From an uncultured Bacteroidales bacterium (GTDB lineage Bacteria > Bacteroidota > Bacteroidia > Bacteroidales > UBA3824), in the NCBI GenBank assembly GCA_905234655.1, contig CAJOJG010000002.1, forward strand, positions 12,089 through 76,088: a stretch of DNA of 64,000 bases, given 5' to 3'. The translations under genes and the position numbers were made by a program. Positions 53,479 through 63,065 of the stretch are shown here, one piece after another (position 1 is the first letter of the stretch; every line of letters begins with the position of its first letter). The notes below the pieces were generated by a model. The model made no database searches. It had not been told where the DNA came from and was given only the letters and a program-made list of their open reading frames with translations.

Positions 53479-55347
53479 CTTCAAAATCTTAATCCCGTCC
53501 TGGTTGACGCAGTCCATGCGTGGGAATACGTTGATGTTCCTTTTATAGCCGTCGTCTTCCATGTTTTGGTATATCGATTCGTACAGGTGTTTCATGTCGA
53601 GGGTCGTCCTTGTTTTTGCGTATTTTTGGACGGTCGAAATAAGGTAGTGGGTGAACAGTCCGTGTGAGGAGTAGTCTGTCGTGGGGTTAGTCTGTATTCC
53701 GCCGGAGGCGTACATCAGGCATGTGCGGTGGTCGGTGACGGTGGGGAATGTCGCCGTCGACCATACTGTGCCGCCGATTTGGCCGAAAGGTTTGCCGTCG
53801 CGGTCCACGCCTGCAAATGATGTCTCGAACAGGCATATCAGCGAGTTTACGTTATACCCTCTCAAAGCCTTCAGCAGCGACGACAGCGCGTAGCCGGTTT
53901 CTTTGGGCATGTCGGGGTTGGAGTCGTAGAGCATGAGGTATGGGTCTGTCGTGCCTTTGTCGCATATTCCGAGGCCTGTGAAGTATACTATCAGGTCGAT
54001 TCCGGAGTGTGTGTATATTTTGGACTGGAGCGAGCCGCCGACTTTGAATATGTCGCCGACTTCCTTGAGCGTGGCTTTCTGGTTGATGGCGTATATGATG
54101 TTGTTTCGTGGGACGTTTATGACTTTCAGCAGGTAGTTGAAGAACACTCTTGCGTCGTTTGTGGCGTATTTTGCTTTTGGAAGCTGCTTGTAGCTTTCGA
54201 CGCCCACGATTACCGCGTATGTCGAGTGCGCGTTGTTAAGCGTTATGGGAAAGACGGTGTTGATGTCGTCGCTGCGGGCTTCGCGGAGGTTGACAGTGAA
54301 GGATATTTTGCCTTGGCCGTCCTTGTTGATCGGCGGGATTGGCGTGTTGAGCAGCACTGTCATTCCCACTGTCTCCGCGAGCCGCCCGAGGCTGTCCGTG
54401 AGGTCGACTTTGAAGTTGAGCCTGTCCGCCCGGCACGCGCTGCTGACTTTGAACTTGAGGTCGAGGACTTGGGTGTGGTAGCGGTCGACGTTGTTGATGT
54501 ACTGTGGCACGTTCTGGTCGATGACGGTCACGTATCCGCTTACGGCGTAGAATGTCGCCCTCAAGCCGTCGCATTTGGAGTAGCCTTGGTTTTTCATCGT
54601 CACTGCCAGCCTTATGGTCTCGCCGGGCGATACTTTGCAGTCGCCGTTTCCGAGGATTTCGCCGGTCTGATCCTGTCCGTCCTCGATTGCGTATGAGACT
54701 ACGCGCATCGCCGCGTGGTAGTCTTTGAGGATTTCGTAGTTCTTGGTCCCGTACGCCCCGAAGTCGTATATGTCGATGTCCTCGCGGCCGTAGAGTATGA
54801 TTCCTGCATTATTGCCGAAATATGGTTCGTTTGGGATGTGTCCGGCGTATTTGTCGTTAATGAAGAACATTATTTCGCCGGCTGCGTATTGGACGCGGAG
54901 TTTGTTCTTGCCCCTTTCGCCGGTGTTGATGTGTTTTGTGTTTATGGGGCCGAGGAGGTATTGGCCGGCGCGGCCGGTGGTCATCTTGCGTATGAAGAAT
55001 TTTCCGCCGGGGGTTATGACGAATGAGTAGAATCCGCCAGTGCCTTTGCCCCAGACGATTCCGTAGCCTCCGTTCTTGTCTCCCGCGCGGAACATTCCTT
55101 CGGTCTCGATGAAGTAGTTGTCCCCTAAGTACATTTTGACCGGGATGTCGAAGCTCTTTGAGCCTACGGCGCGCTTGTGCGACAGGTAGTATGTGCCGCT
55201 GTTGACGCTCGCCGAGAAGTCTTCTGTGTAGTCTTCCGGCCATCCCGCGCTGTTGTCGTCGAAACGCTCGCTGATTACGGTTTCCTTGACTTGTGCGGCG
55301 AGCATTAGCGGCAGGAGGAGCATGAGTATCGTCGGGAGCAGTCGCAT
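53476..55347 (-). CDS. Secreted multidomain protein: lectin/LamG-like N-domain, Ig-like middle domain, and a C-terminal caspase (C14)-fold domain lacking the catalytic His and Cys
   Basis: Signal peptide MRLLPTILMLLLPLMLAAQ. The caspase-like block YAVIVGVESYKQLPKAKYATNDARVFFNYL...LIVYFTGLG...LICLFETSFAG...HGLFTHYLI has Leu459 at the expected SGHG His and Ser510 at the expected DxCxSG Cys. Confidence 0.65.
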   Translation of the reverse strand: MRLLPTILMLLLPLMLAAQVKETVISERFDDNSAGWPEDYTEDFSASVNSGTYYLSHKRAVGSKSFDIPVKMYLGDNYFIETEGMFRAGDKNGGYGIVWGKGTGGFYSFVITPGGKFFIRKMTTGRAGQYLLGPINTKHINTGERGKNKLRVQYAAGEIMFFINDKYAGHIPNEPYFGNNAGIILYGREDIDIYDFGAYGTKNYEILKDYHAAMRVVSYAIEDGQDQTGEILGNGDCKVSPGETIRLAVTMKNQGYSKCDGLRATFYAVSGYVTVIDQNVPQYINNVDRYHTQVLDLKFKVSSACRADRLNFKVDLTDSLGRLAETVGMTVLLNTPIPPINKDGQGKISFTVNLREARSDDINTVFPITLNNAHSTYAVIVGVESYKQLPKAKYATNDARVFFNYLLKVINVPRNNIIYAINQKATLKEVGDIFKVGGSLQSKIYTHSGIDLIVYFTGLGICDKGTTDPYLMLYDSNPDMPKETGYALSSLLKALRGYNVNSLICLFETSFAGVDRDGKPFGQIGGTVWSTATFPTVTDHRTCLMYASGGIQTNPTTDYSSHGLFTHYLISTVQKYAKTRTTLDMKHLYESIYQNMEDDGYKRNINVFPRMDCVNQDGIKILK

Positions 55348-55352
55348 GGGTG

Positions 55353-55664
55353 TCAGAATTTAATCAGTAGTGACACTATCAGCAACAGCACGACCGATAT
55401 GATGAGCCCTTTAGCTCCGTCGTCCCAGTGTTTTTTCGTGAAGTAGTAGAACACAAGCAGGACTGGCGATGCGCACAGGCTTATCATTTTCATTACTGCG
55501 TCGGCTTTGAACTGCGTGAACATCCCGCCGAGCGACACATTGGGGTAGAACCGCGCGTACCAGTAGAGTACGAATACTATCAATGGGACTGTAATCCCAA
55601 TTCCGATGCCCGCAAGGACGTTGTTGAGTTTTGATTTTTTTTCTTTTCTGCCGTGAACTTCCAT
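55353..55664 (-). CDS. Small three-TM membrane protein
   Basis: ATG 55664 (the track start 55682 is TTG). It has three hydrophobic segments, and its stop is 5 nt before the caspase-like gene start. Confidence 0.55.
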   Translation of the reverse strand: MEVHGRKEKKSKLNNVLAGIGIGITVPLIVFVLYWYARFYPNVSLGGMFTQFKADAVMKMISLCASPVLLVFYYFTKKHWDDGAKGLIISVVLLLIVSLLIKF

Positions 55665-55756
55665 TTTTTTTCGTGATGTCAAGTTTGTTGTGTGCCGCGG
55701 CTTGCGGCGTTTTGTCTTTGGTGCTGCAAATTTAGTCTTTTTATCCGAGATTTGGA

Positions 55757-55798
55757 AATAAAAAAGGCGCTTGCCGGATATAATCTGCGTGCGCCTTT
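55757..55798 (-). terminator. Rho-independent terminator after the beta-barrel gene
   Basis: The - strand reads aaaggcgc ... gcgccttt followed by tttatttcc. Confidence 0.7.
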
Positions 55799-55826
55799 GA
55801 CAAAAAATCTATTATCATGAAAACTT

Positions 55827-56606
55827 TTACATGCCGCCTTTGCCCTTGATTTTGCGTCTGATTTTCTCCGCCGTCCAGTTGTGTATGCAGAGCCAGCGCG
55901 TCATGGGCAGGTTGAGGCTCGTGCACAGGAAGATGTGCCCTTTGAAGTCCTGGGTGGCGTCCAGTTTGCTGTCCACGAACTCCATGAACATGTAGTTGAG
56001 GTTGACGCTCAGGATGTTGTAGTTGAATCCCATCGTGGCCGCCACGGAGAGGGCCTTCTTTCCGTCCACCTGTCCGCCGTAGTTTTCGGACGCCCAGCTG
56101 GATTTCTGCTTGTGTTTCACGCTGAAGTTCATTGTCGGCTTTACGCCTATGCAGACGTATTTCATGTCGCGGTAGATGTCCGCGCCGCTGAACTTGAACA
56201 GGTACGGTATCGTGACGCCGATGGCCCTGTAGGTGTCCTTGAGGTCGTATTTGCCTATTGTGGACACGTATTTGTTCTGCACGCCGTAGTAGGTTACTTC
56301 GAGGCCGGCCACGAGGCCCATCCTGTTGTTGGGCAGGTCGTAGTTGTAGACGATTCCGACGTGGACGCCCGGGGTGTAGGTGAAGCCCTTTTTCTCCAGC
56401 GGCATGTCGCCGTCGTATGTCCTGAGCATGAGCGATTCGCTTGGCTTGCCCATTGTTCCACCGAAGCCGTGGCTCAAGCCCAACACAAAGTTCCAGTAGC
56501 GGTACTCCGACTTGCTGAAGCCTTCCATGCCCATTCCGCCCATCTGGGCCAAGGCGGGCATCGCGGCGACGATTGCCATTATGATTATCAAAAATATCTT
56601 TTTCAT
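55827..56606 (-). CDS. Putative outer-membrane beta-barrel protein
   Basis: Signal peptide MKKIFLIIIMAIVAAMPALAQ, with alternating aromatic/Gly beta-strand pattern (GLVAGLEVTYYGV, ATMGFNYNILSVNLNYMF). Confidence 0.6.
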   Translation of the reverse strand: MKKIFLIIIMAIVAAMPALAQMGGMGMEGFSKSEYRYWNFVLGLSHGFGGTMGKPSESLMLRTYDGDMPLEKKGFTYTPGVHVGIVYNYDLPNNRMGLVAGLEVTYYGVQNKYVSTIGKYDLKDTYRAIGVTIPYLFKFSGADIYRDMKYVCIGVKPTMNFSVKHKQKSSWASENYGGQVDGKKALSVAATMGFNYNILSVNLNYMFMEFVDSKLDATQDFKGHIFLCTSLNLPMTRWLCIHNWTAEKIRRKIKGKGGM

Positions 56607-56645
56607 AGTGATAATTTTAAAATTCGTTTAACAAATCGGATGTTT

Positions 56646-58529
56646 TTACGGGATGTATTCCCAGTTGTCGTTAAGGGTGCGGTAGCCTTGGATGGTGCTA
56701 TAGCCTTCGCCGAATGAGAACATTCCGCGCGTGTTGACGCTGTAGTTGTTCTTTACGAAGTAGTCGTCGGCGCGCTGTATTGTCAATCCGACTGCGCCTT
56801 GGCGGACGAAGTTGGAACAATCGGCTTTTCTGCTCCATTCACGTGTGTTAAGGTCGTAGCACCAAAAGTCGTTGAGCAGTTGTTCTGGCTCTTGTATGTA
56901 ATTGTCTTCCAAACAGGTACGTCCTGTTCCCACATAGAACCTGTTGCGTGGTGTGCCGTCGGACGTGTAGTCGAGGTAGAATGCTGCGGCGTTTGCCCTT
57001 TCCTTGAAGCCACTATTAAATTCTTCGTTTGTCGGCAGTGATTCCATTCTGATGTTTAACTCGCTGATAGAATACGTGATATAGTAGAAGTTCCTCGAGA
57101 TGTTGCCTCTGCTGCTTTCTCCAGAGCCGAGAATCACGCGGTCGCCGCACTGCACACATACCGGTTGGTAAAAGCCTTCTGCTGTCCGGTCGTTGCCTGC
57201 GGAAAGGTTTTTCCATGTCCATTCGCTAAGCTCGTTGACTTCGTTGCATGTGCGGTCGTATGTCACGTCATATTCGTAGACGGAGGTCTGTATGTGCTTT
57301 TGGTCTTCGCCAGTCATGTCGTTTTTGCCGAATGCCACGAAGTATTTCGTGAACCCGTTGTCTGCCAAGGAGAATGCCACAGAGCCAGCCAAACCGAACT
57401 TGGATTTTGTGCCGTTTGCCAATGTCTTGTATATTGGCAGGTCTTCTACGTATGCGCGGCTCATTGTTGACATGACCTGCACTTTTGGTGTTTTGTAAAT
57501 TACGTTGCCGTTTGCGTCTTTTTTATCATTTCCATCTTCGTCTTTTTCGGTTTCGTATACCGGGTTGCCGTCTTCGTCGTATTTCGGGAACATTTTTCCG
57601 GCGTTGGGGTGGTCTGCTTGGTTGGCGAATCTGTTGTTTTTCGTGCTGTAGAAGAATACGGTGCCAGTGTAAGAGCCGTTAGCCAATTCGCCGCCCACAA
57701 TGTAAAGCAAGGTGTCGGATGCGCTTGTGTTCGGATATGCGAACATCGCTCCATTACAACGTTTTTCGGTGTTGAGGTAGTGGCCGGATGTGGCTTCAAA
57801 AGTGCCATGCTGTTCCCACGTGTCACTCACGCTGTTGTAAGACCAAAGGTCGTTGGTGCAGTTTGTTCCTGTGCGGCCACCGTATATGTATACCTTGGAT
57901 CCCTTTGTGCAGGTGAATGGATTAGACCTGCTGCCCATCGATTCTGGAGCGTTGGAGCGTTGCACCCAAACGTCTTCGGGCAGTACGGTTTTGTATTCGA
58001 GGACACGGCTGTTGTATATTATCGAGTCTTTTTTGATGTCGCCGTTTCCGTTACATACCGCAAATGACCTGACGTAGTATGTAGAGTTCGGGTCAAGCCC
58101 TTTCAGAGTGCCGTTGAACTGGACTTCTGCGTCGGTTGGCGATACTTGCGCCGATACGTCGAGCCTCGTGCATCTGCTGTCGCCGATTACTGGATTGTGG
58201 TTTTCGTGCGAGTAGACGTATCCGACCGACACAATTCCGTTCCTTTGGGTGTTTAGTTCTGTGAATTTTGATTGTAATTCCGTGTAGCAGTTAAGTTTGG
58301 TAATTTGGTTATTGTCAACCTCGGTTGTGAATGAATTGGTGACAATTTGGTCTTTTGTCGCCATGCCCTCCATGTATCCGTCGCTTCCGGTAACGATAGT
58401 GTTCAGTTCGGCATCAGCATCATCCACCACATCTTTCCTCACAATCGTAAGCTCCTCGCCTTCGTCCTTGATGCAGCCGCTGGCGAGCACAAGGAGCACG
58501 ATGCACGGGTATAGATACTTAGTTTTCAT
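56646..58529 (-). CDS. Kelch-repeat lipoprotein
   Basis: ATG 58529 gives MKTKYLYPCIVLLVLASGC. The repeats have the Kelch pattern (VYIYGGRTG...NDLWSYNSVSDTWEQ; LYIVGGEL...; FYVGTGR...NDFWCYDLNTREW). Confidence 0.7.
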   Translation of the reverse strand: MKTKYLYPCIVLLVLASGCIKDEGEELTIVRKDVVDDADAELNTIVTGSDGYMEGMATKDQIVTNSFTTEVDNNQITKLNCYTELQSKFTELNTQRNGIVSVGYVYSHENHNPVIGDSRCTRLDVSAQVSPTDAEVQFNGTLKGLDPNSTYYVRSFAVCNGNGDIKKDSIIYNSRVLEYKTVLPEDVWVQRSNAPESMGSRSNPFTCTKGSKVYIYGGRTGTNCTNDLWSYNSVSDTWEQHGTFEATSGHYLNTEKRCNGAMFAYPNTSASDTLLYIVGGELANGSYTGTVFFYSTKNNRFANQADHPNAGKMFPKYDEDGNPVYETEKDEDGNDKKDANGNVIYKTPKVQVMSTMSRAYVEDLPIYKTLANGTKSKFGLAGSVAFSLADNGFTKYFVAFGKNDMTGEDQKHIQTSVYEYDVTYDRTCNEVNELSEWTWKNLSAGNDRTAEGFYQPVCVQCGDRVILGSGESSRGNISRNFYYITYSISELNIRMESLPTNEEFNSGFKERANAAAFYLDYTSDGTPRNRFYVGTGRTCLEDNYIQEPEQLLNDFWCYDLNTREWSRKADCSNFVRQGAVGLTIQRADDYFVKNNYSVNTRGMFSFGEGYSTIQGYRTLNDNWEYIP

Positions 58530-58700
58530 AATCAATAGATTTTTTGTTATGTTGTTTTGTTAATTATCATTGTCACTTGTCTGTTGCCAAAAACCGTTCC
58601 AAAGTTTCATGGAATGATATATTTTTGTGAAAAATGTAATCCAAATTCAACAAAAAGGCAATTTGGCGACGCTGCAAAACTAATAAATATTTTTAATTAC

Positions 58701-59551
58701 TCAAAAAGTGTATTTCTTTTTTCCGATTCGGTTACAGAAGTAGATTTCGTTGCGGTTGTTAATCCCTTTCCATACTGTGAATACTACAAGCGACGTGTCG
58801 GCGGTCGTGGTGAGGGATGTCGCCCTTCTCATTTTCCTCGATGGCTTTATCCATTCTGCGTTTGGGGAGCTTTTACGCGAGTAGATGATTTTTTTGTCTT
58901 TGCGGACGAGGTACATCAGTTTTCCTGTCAGGTTCATGTATGTCGGGTAGTCGGCTTTCTTTTTGTTGAGTTTCTTGCCGCCGTTTTGCGGGTCGTCGAA
59001 GGAGCCGTTGGAAGCTTTTGCGACGAAGATGTCTGATGCCGGGTCGTAGTCCTTGCCGCGCTTGTTGGAGGAGTTTCCCTCGGTGCGTTTGCCGCCGAAG
59101 TACAGTGACGAGTCTATGTTACAGAACACGGGCGCAATCTCCGGCATGTTGCTGTTTATGTTGCCTTTTACGGGCTGCATTACGGCGATGTCGTTTGTTT
59201 TGGACAGTCGTAATCCATTGTCGCACTGCGTGATGTGGAGTTCGACGGCTGTGGAGAGGCGGTTTTTTGTTTTGGGGGAGAATGACGACTGGCAGTCGTC
59301 GAAGTCGCGTTTTGCCTGGTCGAACATGTTGAGGTGCTGTTTGCTCACGGCGAGCCAGTACTGGCAGTCTTCCGCTACCGAGGTGGAGAGCGATGACGCC
59401 TCGTCGAGGTGGCGCATGGCGTTCCTGTCGTCTGAAATCATGACCTCGCTTATGCCGAGCCGGTATAGAAGCTTATTTTCGGTTGCTCTTGCGCGAATGT
59501 GGGCATGGAGAGTGCCAGTAGCGCAAGTGCTGTCAATATAATCCCTTTCAT
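58701..59551 (-). pseudogene. Frameshifted (or mis-assembled) gene for a secreted TPR/PD40-like protein
   Basis: ATG 59551 encodes the signal peptide MKGIILTALALLALSMPTFAQEQPK, then hits a stop. The 246-aa ORF (58701-59441) is open upstream in another frame as far as about 59558 (...ATENKLLYRLGISEVMISDD...). Adding one A to the A4 run (+ strand T4 at 59476-59479) joins the two frames. Confidence 0.55.
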
Positions 59552-59576
59552 CTTGTTTTCAGTTGGTTGTACATGT

Positions 59577-60263
59577 CTATGTCTGCTTGTGCGCCGTCGA
59601 GGTCAAACTGCATCTCCCGGGCGTTTGCTCTGTTGTTATATGCCGCGTGTTGTTGGGGTCCAACGAGATGGCTGTGTCGTAGTCCGCGAGCGCGTCCTTG
59701 GGGTTGTTGTCCTTGAGCAGGGCGGAGGCGCGGTCGCAGTGGGCGCGGTAGTCGTTTGGCGAGAGTTGCAGAGCCTCGTTGTAGTGGCCTTGAGCCTGTT
59801 GGTAGTCGCCTTTCAGGTAGTTGATGTAGCCGGAATAGTAGTGGTACAGCTGTTTGCTGATGCCGAGGTCTTCCGCTTTCTGCATGGCTTCAAATGCGTC
59901 GTCGAATTTGCCTTGGCGGGCGAGTGCTATCGACATTCCGACTTGTGCGTTGCGGATTGCGGGGTTGATGTCGTGTGCTTCCGTGAAGTCTTTGATGGAA
60001 GCCTGGTTGTCGAATGTGGATAGTTCGACAACTCCACGGTTGTAGTACGCCTTTGCAAATTTTGGCGTGTGGGCGATTGCGTCGCTGAAATTACGTACCG
60101 CTTTGTTGCAGTTCCACTGTGCGATGTCGGTAAGTCCTTGGTTATAAGCCAATGCTGCTTCCTGTCCCGCGACTATCACAACTGTACTCGCTGTGTCAAT
60201 CTGCGCGGCGGCGGTCTGTCCGACTGCTAAGGCGATTGCTAAAAATAGGTGTCGTGTTCCCAT
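59577..60263 (-). CDS. Secreted TPR-repeat protein
   Basis: Signal peptide MGTRHLFLAIALAVGQTAAAQ, with TPR units (AYYNRGVVEL..., YYSGYINYLKGDYQQAQGHYNEALQLSPND...). Confidence 0.75.
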   Translation of the reverse strand: MGTRHLFLAIALAVGQTAAAQIDTASTVVIVAGQEAALAYNQGLTDIAQWNCNKAVRNFSDAIAHTPKFAKAYYNRGVVELSTFDNQASIKDFTEAHDINPAIRNAQVGMSIALARQGKFDDAFEAMQKAEDLGISKQLYHYYSGYINYLKGDYQQAQGHYNEALQLSPNDYRAHCDRASALLKDNNPKDALADYDTAISLDPNNTRHITTEQTPGRCSLTSTAHKQT

Positions 60264-60417
60264 GTCGATTCGATTTATGTATGTATGTCACAAAAATACA
60301 AAATATGATTATTTTCCAAAATATTTTTCTTCTTGTTTACAAGCAAAAACAATACCGCCGTCAATGTCTGTCGGCATTGGCGGCGGTTTTTTCTCGAATC
60401 TGGTAAAAAAACTTTGA

Positions 60418-61461
60418 TTAGTTGTTCTCCGGGCGGAGTTTGCGTACTGTCACAGCGGTCTGCCACATCTCGCTTTCGCGGAGGGCTTTGAGTTCTTTCT
60501 CGAGGCCTTCACGGTAGTCGGGCTTGGAGTTGGAGTCGATGGAAATCTGAGCCTCGTTGCCGGTCTTAACGGAGAGGTAGAGCCATTCGAGAACGGGCTT
60601 CACAGCGTCGTGGAACCTCGGGAACCAATCCAATGCGCCGCGCTGTGCGGTAGTGGAGCAGTTGGCGTACATCCAGTCCATGCCGTTCTTTGCGAAGAGA
60701 GGCATGAGCGACTGAGTGAGTTCCTCAACGGTCTCGTTGAACGCCTCCGAAGGCGAATGACCGTGCTCGCGGAGTACTTCGTACTGTGCGAGGAGCAGGC
60801 CCTGGATTGCGCCCATGAGCGAGCCACGCTCGCCGGTGAGGTCTGATGTGGCCTCGCGTTGGAATGTTGTCTCAAACAAGTAGCCAGAACCGATGCCGAT
60901 GCCGAGTGCGAGGGTACGATCCATAGCCTTGCCGGTGTAGTCCTGATATACAGCGTATGAGGAGTTCAAGCCGCGGCCTTCGAGGAACATCGTGCGGAGC
61001 GACGTGCCAGAACCCTTGGGAGCAACCATGATGACGTCGATGTCGGCAGGAGGAACGCAACCGGTGCGGTCGTTCCAAGTGATTGCAAAGCCGTGCGAGA
61101 AGTAGAGAGCCTTGCCTGCGGTGAGGTACTGCTTGATTTTGGGCCATACCGACATTACTGCTGCGTCGGAGAGGAGGCACATAATGATAGTAGCCTTCTG
61201 ACAAGCCTCATCGATAGAGAACAAAGTCTTGCCGGGCACCCAACCGTCGTTGACAGCCTTCTGATAGGTCTTGCCCTCGCGCTGTCCTACGATTACATTG
61301 AAACCGTTGTCGCGGAGGTTGAGCGACTGTCCCGGACCCTGTACGCCATAACCGATTACGGCGATGGTCTCGTCCTTCAAGATTTCACGTGCTTTTTCCA
61401 ATGGAAATTCCTCGCGGGTCATTACGTTCTCTTCGACACCGCCAAAATTCATCTTTGCCAT
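60418..61461 (-). CDS. ilvC: Ketol-acid reductoisomerase (class I)
   Basis: ATG 61461 gives MAKMNFGGVEENVMTREEFP...IAVIGYGVQGPGQSLNLRDNG... The AT-rich upstream extension was rejected. Confidence 0.93.
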   Translation of the reverse strand: MAKMNFGGVEENVMTREEFPLEKAREILKDETIAVIGYGVQGPGQSLNLRDNGFNVIVGQREGKTYQKAVNDGWVPGKTLFSIDEACQKATIIMCLLSDAAVMSVWPKIKQYLTAGKALYFSHGFAITWNDRTGCVPPADIDVIMVAPKGSGTSLRTMFLEGRGLNSSYAVYQDYTGKAMDRTLALGIGIGSGYLFETTFQREATSDLTGERGSLMGAIQGLLLAQYEVLREHGHSPSEAFNETVEELTQSLMPLFAKNGMDWMYANCSTTAQRGALDWFPRFHDAVKPVLEWLYLSVKTGNEAQISIDSNSKPDYREGLEKELKALRESEMWQTAVTVRKLRPENN

Positions 61462-61559
61462 TTCGTGTTTGTTATTAAATGTATTTATAAGTTTGACGTA
61501 ATTATTTTTTTCGCGGCAAATATACGGATTATATTTCTGAAACAAAAATAAATTTTATG

Positions 61560-62936
61560 CTATTTCCCGATGCAGAAATTCTTGAAAATATTTCCCAGCA
61601 CCTCGTCCGTGGTTATCCCGTCGCCGGTGATTTCGGCAAAGTCGCGCAGTGCCTCGCGGATGTCCTGTGAGACAAACTCACCCGAAAGTCCTGAGTTTAA
61701 GGCGGTTTCGGCTCGTTTGACAGATTCTAAGGCGTGGGAGAATGTTTCGTAATGGCGGAGGTTTGTGAGGATTACGCCGTCGTAGTTCAGGTTTTCCGCG
61801 CCAAATTCCGAAATCTTTTTTATCAAGTCTTCAAGTCCCGTCTTGTGTTTGGCGGAGATTTTGACGACGCTGACGTTTTGTGGCAGTCGCGATGTGTCGG
61901 CAGTGGCGCAAATGTCTGATTTATTGATGACTGCGATTATATTTTTGTCAAGGCAGTCCGATGGGACAATTTCAGAGAACTGCTCCGCAATGTCGGCGTT
62001 AGAATCCAAAACCGCCAGGACGATGTCGGCTTTTTGGACGGCGTTTTTGGCGCGGTCGATGCCGATTTTCTCGATTTTGTCGTCGGTCTGGCGTATTCCG
62101 GCGGTGTCGATGAGGCGGTATGTGATGCCGTCGAATGTGAAAAAATCTTCTAAGGTGTCGCGCGTCGTGCCGGGTATGTCGGTCACGATAGCCCTGTCGT
62201 CGTTCAGGAGCGCGTTCAAAAGTGTTGATTTTCCGGCGTTTGGACGGCCGCAAATTGCAACCGGGATGCCGTTTTTGATGGCGTTGCCGTACTTGAACGA
62301 TCCCACAAGGCGGCTGAGGTAGTTTTCGGTTTCGTCGAGGATTGACTTCAACATTGTCCTGTCGGCAAACTCCACGTCCTCTTCCGAAAAGTCGAGTTCC
62401 AATTCCATCAATGATGTAAATTTAAGTAATAGTTCCCTCAACCGTTTGATTTCCAAAGTTATGCCACCACGCATTTGGTTGACGGCGATGTCGTGCTCGG
62501 CTTTTGATTTTGACGCAATCAAGTCCGCAACCGCCTCGGCCTGTGAGAGATCCATTTTGTGGTTTTGGAACGCACGGCGTGTAAATTCGCCCGGTTTGGC
62601 GAGTTCCGCGCCGTTTTTTATAAGGAGCGAAAGTATTTCTTTCTGAACGTAACTGCTTGCATGACAGGATATTTCCACCACGTCTTCGCCAGTGTAGCTA
62701 TGCGGCGCGCGATACACGGAGATGACCACGCGGTCGATTTCGTTGCCGTCGGCGTCGATGATAAATCCGTTATAAATATGGTTTGCCTCGGTGTCGGTTT
62801 CTATCGAAAACGACCGTTTCAGCGGCGAAAATATTTTTGACACAATGGCGAATGTCGCCGCTCCAGATACTCTGAGTACGGCAATCGCGCCGCCGTGCCC
62901 TGTGCAAATTGCTGCTATGGTTGTGGAAGGATTCAT
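61560..62936 (-). CDS. mnmE: tRNA modification GTPase MnmE
   Basis: TIAAICTGHGGAIAVLRVSG...[17 protein letters not shown]...DTAGIR..., with the C-terminal ...FCIGK motif. Confidence 0.95.
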   Translation of the reverse strand: MNPSTTIAAICTGHGGAIAVLRVSGAATFAIVSKIFSPLKRSFSIETDTEANHIYNGFIIDADGNEIDRVVISVYRAPHSYTGEDVVEISCHASSYVQKEILSLLIKNGAELAKPGEFTRRAFQNHKMDLSQAEAVADLIASKSKAEHDIAVNQMRGGITLEIKRLRELLLKFTSLMELELDFSEEDVEFADRTMLKSILDETENYLSRLVGSFKYGNAIKNGIPVAICGRPNAGKSTLLNALLNDDRAIVTDIPGTTRDTLEDFFTFDGITYRLIDTAGIRQTDDKIEKIGIDRAKNAVQKADIVLAVLDSNADIAEQFSEIVPSDCLDKNIIAVINKSDICATADTSRLPQNVSVVKISAKHKTGLEDLIKKISEFGAENLNYDGVILTNLRHYETFSHALESVKRAETALNSGLSGEFVSQDIREALRDFAEITGDGITTDEVLGNIFKNFCIGK

Positions 62937-63038
62937 GTTCTAAGTGTAGTTATTTAAGCATATTTGATGTATTTTTTTTGTCATAACTTCCTGTTTCTTA
63001 TGTGCCATGGCGCAAAGATAGCATTATTTCCTGAAAAA

Positions 63039-63065
63039 CTGAAACAACTTGTTTCAGTTTTTTTT
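63039..63065. terminator. Orphan intrinsic-terminator-like hairpin in a divergent intergenic region
   Basis: ctgaaaca-act-tgtttcag followed by T8. The - strand reading also has a T-run. No annotated gene runs into it from either side. Confidence 0.5.

Noticed and set aside
54007-56717. 229-aa and 278-aa + strand ORFs opposite the caspase-like and beta-barrel genes
   Set aside because: They are antisense to genes with signal peptides and domain motifs. The sequences are highly Val/Asp/His/Arg-rich without features.
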